DNA of 64,000 nt, from the NCBI GenBank assembly GCA_963823665.1, contig CAWGMQ010000007.1, forward strand, positions 256,001 through 320,000, given 5' to 3'. The stretch is from an uncultured Planctomycetota bacterium. Its GTDB lineage: Bacteria; Planctomycetota; Planctomycetia; Isosphaerales; Isosphaeraceae. The notes beneath the pieces were generated by a model. The model saw only the letters and a program-made list of their open reading frames with translations. It was not told the DNA's origin and did no database searches. The position numbers and the translations under genes were made by a program. Below, one piece after another: positions 50,131-61,005 of the stretch (positions are counted from its first letter, which is position 1; each line of letters begins with the position of its first letter).

Positions 50131-53100
50131 ATGCCGATTTACACGCGTCAGTATGCCGAGGTCTTTGAGAACGCACGGGCGGCCGAGGATGCGGTCCGGC
50201 GGTATCTCACGCTCGTGGAGACTGACCTGCGGGAGACGTCGCTCTTGGCGATGGCTTCCTGGCAGGACGCGGGGATTCCTCGTGATCTCTGGAAGCCGGC
50301 GCTGCCGAATCTGTTCCGGGTGGCGGCGGGGCTTCAGGAGCCGTCGTTCGGGCGGTGGAATGGCATGCTGCACGCGCTGCGCGAGGCGCTGGCCTGCGTG
50401 GGGACGACAAGCGAGGCGGCACGGTCGCCCAGTGCGCTCATCGCCATTCTCGACTGGCTGCGGACCCCGGCCGAACTGGAGGCGATCGAATCGCTTCGGG
50501 CGCTGGCGCCGCTGCTGCACTACAGCCTGCCGGCGCGGGCGAGCCGGTGGGATGCGATCAGCCTTTCAGTCTGCCTGCGCAATCGGATCGCCCACGACGC
50601 GGCCGGGGACGAGGCGTGGTGGGCCGCGATCGTCCCCATGGTACGCTCTCTCTCCGCTTCCTTTGCGGCTGTGCCGCCATGCCTCGAACGCGAGGGGCTG
50701 GTTTATCCCCAGCCGTGGTTCCTCGAGAGGCAGGGGATCTGGCATGCCTTCAGCGGCATCCGCGGGGAATACGCTCTCTTTTCCTCCATCGGCGGACAAT
50801 CGCTCCGGGTTTCGCTCAACGAGACGGAGCTGATCGATGCGTTCCAGCAGTTGCTCGGCCAGGCCGAGCTTCAGCAGTCTTCGTTTCGAGAGCTGATGAA
50901 GCGACTCGCCCCGGAGGAGCACAAGGGGGTGCTCGTCGGCGACTTTTTGCTCGGTCCGCCGGCCGCGGAAGGGGGGTTTGCGGTCGTGCACCGCGGCTAC
51001 CAGCTCAGCATCGAGCGAAAGGTTGCTCTCAAGGTCTTCCCGGATGCGCTCACGCAGTCGAAGCGGGCGCTCTTGCGGAGGGAAGCCGAACGGCTGGGTG
51101 CGTTCAATTCGCCGGAGATCGTCCGGCTGATCGGCTTCTACGAGGAGATTCCCTGGACCGCACCGCGCGAGATCAGCCTGACGGGTGAAGCATGGTTCGA
51201 GGCGCTCAAGAAGGGATCCGGATTCAAAACGTTCCTGGCTATGGAGTGGGTCGGCGGCGAGGATCTTGCGGCGGTCATCGACCGTCCGGCCGCGAATCGG
51301 CCCCCGATCGACGTTCTGATCGGCTGGTTTGAGACGAGCGCCCTTGCGCTGGCGAAGGTGCATGCCGCGGGGCTGACCCATATGGATGTGACTCCGAACA
51401 ACATCCGGGTCACGCCCGAGGGGCAGATCAAGCTGATGGATTTCGGGATCGCGCGCAGCGAGACCGAGCGCCAGGACTTGATGACCCGCACGAGACTGGG
51501 CGTCGGCACGCCGGCCTACATGGCTGCGGAGCAATTTGACGACCAGGGCAACCGTCAATCGGATGTTTATTCGCTTTGTGCCACGTTTTATGAGTCGTTC
51601 ACCGGCCGCCGGCTGTATGACCACGATCGGATCGACCTTCAGGAAGTGAATCGCCGGAAGCGGGAGGGAATCGCGCCTGAGTCACCTCGGAGCATTCGGT
51701 CCGAGATTCCGTGGGAGGTCGAGACGCTTCTTCTCGGGGGCTTGCATGTCGAGCCGGGGCTCCGGCCCACGAGCCGGCAGGTCGCCGACGATTTGCGGCG
51801 AATCATCGAGAATCGGCCGATCAAGTACCGGCGGCCGCCGCTGCATCGCCGGGTGCGGCTGTGGTATCGCCGGCACCAGGCGGCGGTTCGGGTGGCGGCG
51901 CCAGCCTTGGCTGGGCTGTTGTTCGTGGCGATCGTGCTTGGGGTTTTCTGGCGGGGAGCTGAGAGGCGATCGGGCGAGCTGGGGAAAGAGGTTGGCACGC
52001 TTGCAAAGAAGGCGGAATCCGAGTCAAAACGGGCGGAAACGGAGGCCGGGAGGGCGAAAGACCAGGAACGGCTCAAGTTCTTGCAGCAATACATCGCCGA
52101 TATGAGGCTGTTGCCGGGGTGGTGGAAGGACGCCCGCGTGGACCTCATTCGCGACCGATTACGGCCGTATGCCACCGCGGCCACCTACGATCCTCGCGGG
52201 TTTGAGTGGTATTACTGGGACCGCCTGGTGAGCGCGGCAAGCGCGACTTGGAAGCCCGAGGATCGGACCCGTTCGCTCGACTGGTCTGCTGACGGCAAGA
52301 CGCTCTATGCGGCGGACGTGAAAGGGCGGGTACTCGCCTGGAACCGCGCAACCGCGGAGAGCCGGCAGGTTCGCGGCGCGGGCTCGGGTGCGATCGCGGT
52401 GACCTCCGCTCCGAGCGGTTCGAAGCTTGCGATCACGACTGCTGCGATCAGGCGCACGGCGGGCGAGCCGCCGGAGTCGTCGTCGATCGAGATCATTGAC
52501 ACGGAGACGGGCGGCGAGCTGCGCAAGATCACGACACGGGGGTTTGGCTTCCGAGCCGCGGCGTTCGGCCCGAACGGCCGGCGAATCGTGACGAGCGATG
52601 TCGCGACCAATCTTTGGGTGTGGGATGCCGTGAGCGGGAAGCCCGAGGTCGACCTGGTGCACAACCCGAACGCACGCCGGGACTTGACGAACCCGATGGA
52701 GGTGCTTGGCGCCCACGACCCGCATCAAGGGCCGGTGCACGCGCTGGCGTTCAGTCCGGTCGATGCGACCGTGGTTGCCAGCGGCGGCGACGATGGGGCG
52801 ATCGGGCTCTGGAACACTCGAACCGGGCGGCACCTGGGATGGCTCGGCGAGCGACGCGGCAGTGTGGCCTCAGTCTCCTTCAGCCGTGACGGCACGAAGC
52901 TGGTGAGCCACTCGCTGCCAAGACCGGCCGGTCAGTTCCATCGCGTGGCGATCCCCGCGGAAATCGACGTCTGGCGAGTGCAATCGCATGAGCGGATTCG
53001 GCGGATTGAACTGGCCGATGAGTACGAGGGTATCACGTCCGACGGGTTCTCGATTCGCAAGGGGAACTTTCGCGCCGACTTCGTGGGAGACGATCGTTTG

Positions 53101-56100
53101 ATCGCCGCGGCGATCGGGAACGTGGTTCGGGTCTGGGATCTCGCAACGGGGTTCGTCGTCAAAGAGCTTAAAGGGCATACCGCGACGATCAACGCCCTGC
53201 GCGCCTCGCCTGACGGCGTGCTCGTGGCCAGCGCGGACGCGGGCGGCGAGGTGCGGATCTGGAACCTGAACGAATCCGAGGAGATGGAGACAATCCGGCA
53301 ATTCGAGGGGCCGGCCCGCTCCGTCGCGTCATCTTCCGCTGCCGGCGAACGCCTGGTGGCGTTGTATGAGTCACCGGGCAGCACGTCATCGAACGGCACG
53401 GTCGATCCGAGCGAAAGCCGCAATCTATATATCTTCAACCGGTCGGGTGGGGCTGAAGCGCCGCCCGAGAGGGGAAGCGGTTACTACCTCGGCACGGCCC
53501 AATCGCCGGCAGGGGGCCGCATTGCCACGTTTGACATGCTCAAGGAAGAGATCATCGTGTGGGAAACTGCGAATGGAAAAGTGATCCGGGTTTTTCCCGT
53601 GAAGCGAAAGGAAGAGGAGCCGAAGGGCAGGAACCGCGGGGGCTCACGTGAGAAAACGGACGTGCGTAGTTTGGCGTTTCGCGATGAAAAAGATTTGTAC
53701 GCGGTGACGGGCGAGGGGCTCTGGCGATTGCGGGTAGACTCGGGCGCTCTTGAGACGGTCGCGGGCCTGGCGGTCGGCTCGTCTCCGAAAGAGGCGACAC
53801 CCGACTTGCTTGTCCTCGAAGACGCGGTGATGGCGCTTTGCTTTTCACCAGACGGACGGATGGCCGCAGCGGGCACCGGTGGGAGGCAGGTGATCGTTTA
53901 CGATGCGGGCACATGGAAGGAGCTCGCGCGGTTGCGCGGCCATTCGCGTGGGATCACCGGGATCGCGTTCTCGAGTGATGGCCGGCGGCTCGCCAGCAGC
54001 AGCGGACGATATTTCCGGCTGGGGGCGGCGGAAGCGAACGACCGGCCGGGCGAGGTGATCGTGTGGGACACGACGACCTGGGAGGACTGCCTGCGACTGA
54101 CTCATCCCGACGCGTCTGAGTTTGCGGGGGTCGCATTCGGCGATCGCGATCGCACGCTCTTCGCCGCGGCGAATCCCGTAACAGTTAGCCCGGGCAAGCT
54201 TCCCCGCGGCGAGATTGTGCGCTGGGTGAGCACGGCCGGCGTCGCGCGGATCGCGGCAGCGGCCAATGCCGCGCGTTCGACGGCCGATTCGGCCGCTCGA
54301 GTGCGTCTCCGCGAGAGCAAGCCTGTTGGATTGCCGCCGGCTTCAACCAAGCTGTCGCGTTCGGGCGAGACAAAGCCGCTCGAAGGGGCCGTATTCCGCT
54401 CACCCGGCATGTTCATGGGCATCGCCGGCGTCACCGGCTTCACGTCGGTGGCGGTTCATCCAACCGGCGAGCTGATCGCCGCGGCAACGATCATCAGCCG
54501 GCTGATACTCTGGGATGCTCGAACTCAGGAGGTTGTGGCGGAGGCCGTTCTTCCGCCGGTTTCCTGGCCGGGATACGAGATCACGTTTAGCCCGGACGGC
54601 TCGCACTTGATCTGCACCATCGGTGACGACGCGTTCGTCCGGTCGATTCCAGGCCTGGGCGAGGCAAATTTCGAGGACGCCGCGCTGAACTTGAGACCGG
54701 AGATCGCGGCGACGATACGCCGGATCAAGATCGGCGGCGAGACGGTTCCTCTCCGACCCGCCTACTCGATGGAGGGTGCTTCACCGTTCAGCCGGGACGG
54801 CCAGCTCCAGGCGCTGGCCACGCGGGGAGACTCGCCCGCCCTCGAGGTCATTTCGGTGCCGAAGAAGTCGAAGTTGTTTTCGGTGCCGCTTGCAGGCCCG
54901 CCGATCCAAGTTGGCGTCTCGGCTAATGGCAAGGTCGCTTATGCCGTCACCCGGCCCAGCGTCGCCAAGGGAGGCGCCTGTGCCGGCCTCGGCGCTCGAG
55001 CGATGGGAGGTTCCGGGCGGGAAACCGCTCGGGGTTACCAAGGGCATGATGAACCTGGTCGCGCTGTCTCCGGATCTGGAACGATCGCTTGAGATGGCGA
55101 ACGGGATCGAGCTGTATGCGCGAACTATCCACGGGGCAGCGTGCGGCGGCACCGTTTGCCACCGAGGCGGGTTTTAGGGGGGTCGCGTTTTTCCCGGACG
55201 GCGAGCACGTGGCGACGTTCGGAGGTCAGAACTGGACGAAGGTATGGAAGATATCCACTTTGCTAAAGATCCCTGAGAACTTGCTGTTCCGCGCGGTGGG
55301 AACGCTGCTCGTCGCGCCTGACGAGAAGACGATTGCCTACGTCGATGCGTACGGCTGGCCCGCGCTGTACGACGTGGCGCGGCACCGAGCGAGCAAGCTG
55401 GCTCTCGACACCGCGCCGCGGGTTGGGGCAGCGAAGGCCGGCTCACGGCCGCGAACGCGCGGAAGCGACAATGCTGCACGTATGCATGGGCTGGTGCCAT
55501 GGCACTTCACGCCCGACGGACGAACGCTCGTGGCTGCTGCGTTCGCCGGAAGCGCACGCGCGAATCCGACGGCGTTCGACGTGAATCGCGGGGTCGAGGT
55601 TCCGATCGAAACGCTGCCCGAGGACGTCCGCCCGCCCGGTGCTCCCGCGGGCCAGAGCTTCCGGGGGTTCTTGCTTGCGATGCACGCAGCGTCCGACTCG
55701 AAGATGTTCTACTTGCTCCAGAGCATGCAGCAAGGCGCACCGCGAGGGGTTCGGAGCGAGCCGCCGTATCTGCTGTGGGATGGGGCCCAATCGCATACCG
55801 TACCGGCCCTGGGCGAGACGGCAGGCGGATTGAAGTTGCCGTGCTTCAGTGAGCGAGGCACTTTCGTGGCGGGTTTGCTGCCGGGAATCCGCCGGCGCAC
55901 CAAAGGCGCGGTCGAGCAGTCGGGCCCGGCGGTTGTCGTCCTTTCGACGAGCGACGGCAAACTCGTTTCGCGAATTCCATGCGGAAGCGATGATGTGATC
56001 TCGCTTCGGTTCACAGGCGCCGAGGACGCGCTGTTATTGCACCAGCGAGTTACGGGCAAGGCGACGGCGCTGGGGGAATTCTCACTGGCCGCGTTTGATC

Positions 56101-56990
56101 CCAGGAGTGGACGCGAGCTAAATCGACGCGCCGGCCTCCGGACCACTTTCCTGGCAGTGTCGGACGACGGAGGGCGTCTGGCTTCGCCGGTTGAGGGTGC
56201 GATCTTGATTGAATCGCCCGCAACGAAAACCGAGCTTGGGCGGATCGCGTTTGACGACTGGCCGATGCAACCCGTTGCCTTCCTGGCGGCCGGCACGAAG
56301 CTGATCACTACGGGAGCAAACGGGGCGATCCGGCTCTGGGACAGCTCGGGCCGTCCGATCGCGGTTCCGCGGCTCCAGGAGGTCGTTCCAATCGTCGAGC
56401 CGGTTGCACCCGCGACCAAGGCGAACGTGCCCGTGCCAAGGGCTCCGGCCGCACCGCGGCGACCAGCAACGGCGAAAGCTGGAAAGCCGAGCCAAGCGCG
56501 ACTGGCCGACGAGCTGAAAGAGATGGCCGTGCGTCTCAATGGTTCGCCGCAGGGCGCCTACCGTGGGCGGTTTCCCGCGCTCGCGGCCGGGTGCGAGATG
56601 CTGGCCTCGAAACTGGCGGCCGGTGAGACTCCCACGGCGGATATCGCCAAGGAGATGGAGCGGTTTATCAAAGATGCGAAGGACCTGAAAGAAGAAGGAG
56701 GGAAGCACTCGCCCTTCAAGGACTTCAACACGACGTACACGGATCGCAGCGGGCGCAGCGGACTGCCCGGATACAAGGCCAAGTTCTTTCACGAGGCGCG
56801 TGATCTCTTCGGCAAGACTATGTCCCGATCAAGAGAGACGCCCATCCTGTACGGGCAGCGGCTGTTCGCGGAGATGATCATGACGCTCGAACGGCAGATC
56901 GAGGACCTCACGGGCAAGCTGCCGGATTCGTCGCTGCTGGAGGAATGGCGAAAGGCGGGGCCAGAGAGCGGTGACAAACCGGGAGGGTGA
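50131..56990 (+). CDS. Giant protein: HEPN-motif N-domain, Ser/Thr kinase, TM helix, WD40 propellers, helical tail; two frameshifts at ~54960-55120
   Basis: LRNRIAH; AEGGFAVV, VALK, HMDVTPNN, DFG, GTPAYMAAE; GH...WD repeats; ORF 54776..55177 bridges 50131..55092 and 55089..56990. Confidence 0.82.
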
Positions 56991-57073
56991 TTTCGCGTTG
57001 GCGGGACGCTCAGATATTTCCGGGCGCCAGGGTTTGACCGGAACACCAGAGACAACGTCCAGGATGGCGGTAA

Positions 57074-59005
57074 ATGGCGAAATCGCGTGGCACGGGTGAT
57101 TGGCTGTTACTCGAGGAGAAGCTGGAGCGAGGCGACCCTTCGTTCGTGGACGATCTGCGATCGTTTCACGACGCCGAGGTCCTGGCCGGGTTTGCCGCTC
57201 GCTGGTTTGGGGACAAGCGGCCGGCATCGCGGCGCGTGATGCTGGAATACCTCGATCGTCCGCTGAACGCCTTTCGGCATGAGGCGCTGGTGAAGCGGCT
57301 CTTCAAGGCGGCCGAGGCTGCCGGCGATGATGAGGTCATGGCGCGGTTCCTGGTGCTTTTCGACCGCTCGGTGCGCCGGGAGGAGTGGCGGAGGCGGCAC
57401 GTGGAATGGGCGAAGGTCAAGACGGAAGCGGCCGCGCAGGAACTCATGGCTCACTGGCGTGCCCTGGGCTTTGACAGCGTTCAATCCTTCAACTGGCAGC
57501 GCGGGACGATCCAGATTCGCGGTGACTGGCACGAGGTGCGTCTTGGGATGCCTACACGCACCGCGATGCCGCGCGACGAGATGAAGCATCGAAATCCTCG
57601 CACGGGCGAGCTGATTTCGGACATCAACACGCGGCTCCAGAAGTGGTTCGGAAATCATCGCGTGGGAGAGCCGGTTCCACGCCGGGTGCAAAAGCTGATC
57701 GAGCGGCTGCGTCTGTTCTCGGTGGCCACGCGGCAGTACTTGAGGCGCAGGGCCTGGCGCTACTTCCGGCGAATGGGCAAGACGAACCCGCAGCGGTACG
57801 TCGCGGCCATGTCGCGGGCGCTGGAGCGATACACCGATGGCGACGTTGCCGACGGACTCGCGCTGATTGATAACTGGGGTCTCATGCATGCGCTTTTTCA
57901 TCGGAGCGAGATTCTGACGGCAAAGCCGGGAGGGTGGGTTCCGACCGAAGGGCGCTCGCTTGCAGAGCTTTCACCCGCGCCGATCTACGAACGGCTGTGG
58001 GAGCAGGCGCCGCGGGCTCTTGTCGAGTTGCTGTTTGCCGCGCGGTGCCGGCCAGTGAGGCAGTGGGCCGTCCAGATGATTCGCCGGCATGATGGCGCCC
58101 GCGCGGCCGTCAAGCTCGACGAGCTGATCGGTCTGCTCGCTCATGAAGAGGCGGACGTCGTGGCGCTGGCGGTCGAGCTTTTCCGGGAGATGAAGGGCAT
58201 CGACACGCTTGCTGTCGATCAGTGGATAGAGCTGGTCGAGAAGGCTAACCCCTCGGTGCTTGAGTGGATCGTCGAGCTGCTGGAGAGGTTCTTCGATTCC
58301 GAGCGGGTGACGCTTGCGCAGGTGGTCAGGCTTGCGCGATGCCGCAGAGTGCCCGTTGCGCGGGTGGGTTTGAAGTGGCTCTCGAACAAGGTGCCGCAGC
58401 ATGCGGCGGCCGACACCTTGCTGCTGGGTCTCACGGAGGCGGAGTGTGAGCCGCTGCGCGGGCAGATCGTGCGATTGGTCAGGGAACGACTGGCGGCAAC
58501 CACGCGGTTCGATCCAAGCTGGGTGCTCGAGTTTCTGGATAGCCGGCATGCCGACGTGCGCGCCGAAGGGATCGAGTGGTTCCGGTCGGAATCGCGTGCT
58601 CGCGACGACGTGACGATCTGGCCACGGCTGATGGAAACTCCCTACGACGATGTGCGCCTGTTCTTGATCTCGGCGCTGGAATCTCGCGTAGGCGGGCGCG
58701 ACGTCGACCGCGCGGTATCTCACGGGTTGGATCCGGAGGCGTTGCGGCTGCTCTGGGCGTCGGTGCTCCTGAACATCCAACGGGGTAGCCGGGCCAAGCC
58801 GACGGTCGTGCGGCAGCTCGTGCGGGCGATGAAACGCAGGCCGGCGGATGCGGAATTGGTCTTGCCGATTCTGGCTGTGGCGCTGCGATCGTCCCGCGGG
58901 CCTGAGCGCCGGGTGGGGCTGGCGGCGGTGGCGGAACTGGTCGAGGGGGATGTGCAGACGACGAAGGTACTCGCCGCGATTTTTCCGGAGTTGAAGTTAC
59001 TGTGA
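57074..59005 (+). CDS. ARM/HEAT-repeat-like protein, retron-associated
   Basis: 643-aa all-helical Leu/Arg-rich ORF, FSVATRQYLRRRAWRYFR, LDSRHADVR; first gene of the RT locus. Confidence 0.8.
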   Translation: MAKSRGTGDWLLLEEKLERGDPSFVDDLRSFHDAEVLAGFAARWFGDKRPASRRVMLEYLDRPLNAFRHEALVKRLFKAAEAAGDDEVMARFLVLFDRSVRREEWRRRHVEWAKVKTEAAAQELMAHWRALGFDSVQSFNWQRGTIQIRGDWHEVRLGMPTRTAMPRDEMKHRNPRTGELISDINTRLQKWFGNHRVGEPVPRRVQKLIERLRLFSVATRQYLRRRAWRYFRRMGKTNPQRYVAAMSRALERYTDGDVADGLALIDNWGLMHALFHRSEILTAKPGGWVPTEGRSLAELSPAPIYERLWEQAPRALVELLFAARCRPVRQWAVQMIRRHDGARAAVKLDELIGLLAHEEADVVALAVELFREMKGIDTLAVDQWIELVEKANPSVLEWIVELLERFFDSERVTLAQVVRLARCRRVPVARVGLKWLSNKVPQHAAADTLLLGLTEAECEPLRGQIVRLVRERLAATTRFDPSWVLEFLDSRHADVRAEGIEWFRSESRARDDVTIWPRLMETPYDDVRLFLISALESRVGGRDVDRAVSHGLDPEALRLLWASVLLNIQRGSRAKPTVVRQLVRAMKRRPADAELVLPILAVALRSSRGPERRVGLAAVAELVEGDVQTTKVLAAIFPELKLL

Positions 59006-59029
59006 GTTCGTGTGATGATTTGAACCTCA

Positions 59030-59267
59030 ATGATCTCGCGGGCGGCCGGGTCGGGAACCGAGAACCTGAATGCTGCGGCGTTCCGCCGCGGCCGACATTG
59101 GCCCAGCCTTTGCGTCCCCGAGGCCGTTGTTCTTTCGCTGCCGGTGCACCGTCGCCGTGGCACTGAGCCGACGGACGGTCTGCCACAGCGACGGTGCACC
59201 GGCAGCTCGGTGAACGACCTCGGTCCGTGCCTCGAAGTCGGTCCGGCCCGGCCGCCCGCGGGATCAT
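59030..59267 (+). ncRNA. Putative retron msr-msd RNA
   Basis: 25-nt inverted arms 59030-59054 / 59243-59267 (two G-U pairs), small hairpin 59072-59092, long hairpin 59137-59206 with a perfect 19-bp base; in the only large gap of a retron RT operon. Confidence 0.8.
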
Positions 59268-59298
59268 CGTCCTTTCTGCTGCGGAAGAACATTTCAGC

Positions 59299-60994
59299 AT
59301 GAATCTGACGCTTCAATATCGGAGGCGAAGTGCGATCACGGAGGTGCCGGAGGGTCTGGATGTCACGCTGGCGCCGAACCTGCGGCGCGACCGCGTGAGC
59401 TTCGAAGGGACACTCCGGCATCCGGTGCGGTTTCGGGAAGCGATGGGGGCGCTGCACGACGTGGTGGTGAGCGACTTGCGATACCAGCCGCGCGACAAGA
59501 CGGCTTACGAGGCATACAAAGCCGAGCAGCGGAATCGCGAGGCAGGAATTCGCCGTCAGGTGGAGTCGCAGGAAAGAGCGGCGATTCTCAAGCAAGCGTT
59601 GCCCGAGTTGCCTGAGGGTTATGTCGCGGACCTCGAACGGCGCTACCGAAAGCTGCGCAAGAGCTACTGGGGGGCGCGGCAGAAGTACTCGAATTACCTG
59701 AGCCGGCACGATCCGGAACTCTGGCGGCTGCTCTTTCCGTGCGACCCGGTGATCACGGTGGCGCCGGATTGCCTCTTTTTCGAGTGTTTCAGCGCGGACG
59801 AAAGCAGCTACGGCTGCTTGACCGTGGAGCGCGCGGCGTTCGAGCGCGAGCGCGACGTCGCGCTCGGGACGACGAATGTCGATTATTCGTGGGCCTTATA
59901 TGAGCACTTTCAGAAGCTGCGGAGCTATCGCGAGACGCGGTTTGCGATTGATCCTTCTGGGTTCGAGGTCGCGGTTGACCAGGCCGGCGATTATCGCGAG
60001 GAGAAGATTGACTTGCCGGGGGGTTGGCTGCGCGGGTTCATGCAGCTTCAGGCGGCCATGAGCTTGCCGATGCGCAGGGTGGGGATTTCGCGTGAAGGGC
60101 TTTATTCGATCCTGGCGTTTCTCAGGCGGCACCGGGCGGCGAAGAGCCCGCGGGCGCTGCGGTTTGAGCTGGAGCGCGGGCGGCCGCCGGCGATCGTGCT
60201 GGAGCCGTGGGAAGAGCGGATCACGCTGCACGGAACTGCTTATGGCGGCCCGCGCGACGAGACGATTCGCGTCTGGGGGCGCGACCGGCTGCGCCCTGGG
60301 ACGCCTGCTGCCGCTACTGGACGAAGCGGAGGTTTATCTGCTGGGTACCGGTCTGCCGAGCTTCTGGTCGATTCGGATGGGAGAGATGCGGCTGCTTCTG
60401 GGGCTTTCGGGCTGGACGGCCAACGACTGGACGGGCACCGCTGCGCTTGATCAGCTCGGGCCGCCGGCCGATCCGAGCGATGCGCTGCTGGGCGACATCG
60501 CGGCGACGTTCGAGAAGTCGCCAGCCTTGACGTTCAGCCAGATTCGTGAGCGAACCGGGGCTGCGCCGGCGTTTGTCGCGGCGGGGTTGTGCCGGCTGGC
60601 CTCGCTGGGGCAGGTCATTCACGATTTGCACGCGGGCCTGTATCGATGGCGGCAGGTCATGCCGGTGGCACTTTCTCTGGATGAGCTTGGGCCCGAGAGC
60701 CCGGAGACGGTGGCGGGTCGCGAACTGTATTACCGGCGGACCGTGCGGGTTGACCGCGATGTAAAGCGGGGCGACGGCCTGCGCATTCTTGAGGGCGAAT
60801 CGGGAGGGCGGGTGGTCTCGCTGTTGCTTGATGCGGATTGGCGAATGGTGCGCGGGCGCTGCACGTGCTCGCACCATTTCACAGGTGGGATGCGACGTGG
60901 GCCGTGCCGGCATTTGCAGGCGCTTCGCCTGGCCACGACTGGGGCGAAACAAGCGTCGAGCGTCGAGGCCTGGTTCCAATCGTTTTTCCAGTAA
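59299..60994 (+). CDS. SWIM zinc-finger protein, retron-associated; frameshift near 60295
   Basis: DPVITV...FFECFSADESSYG, GTTNVDYS, GWLRGFMQLQ; C-terminal CTC-x12-CRH SWIM motif. Confidence 0.82.
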
Positions 60995-61005
60995 CAGGGC
61001 AGGGC

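Noticed and set aside
59194..59298. Upstream GTG start for the SWIM gene as given in the ORF track
   Set aside because: It overlaps the predicted ncRNA hairpin and arm; ATG 59299 (MNLTLQY) is more plausible.
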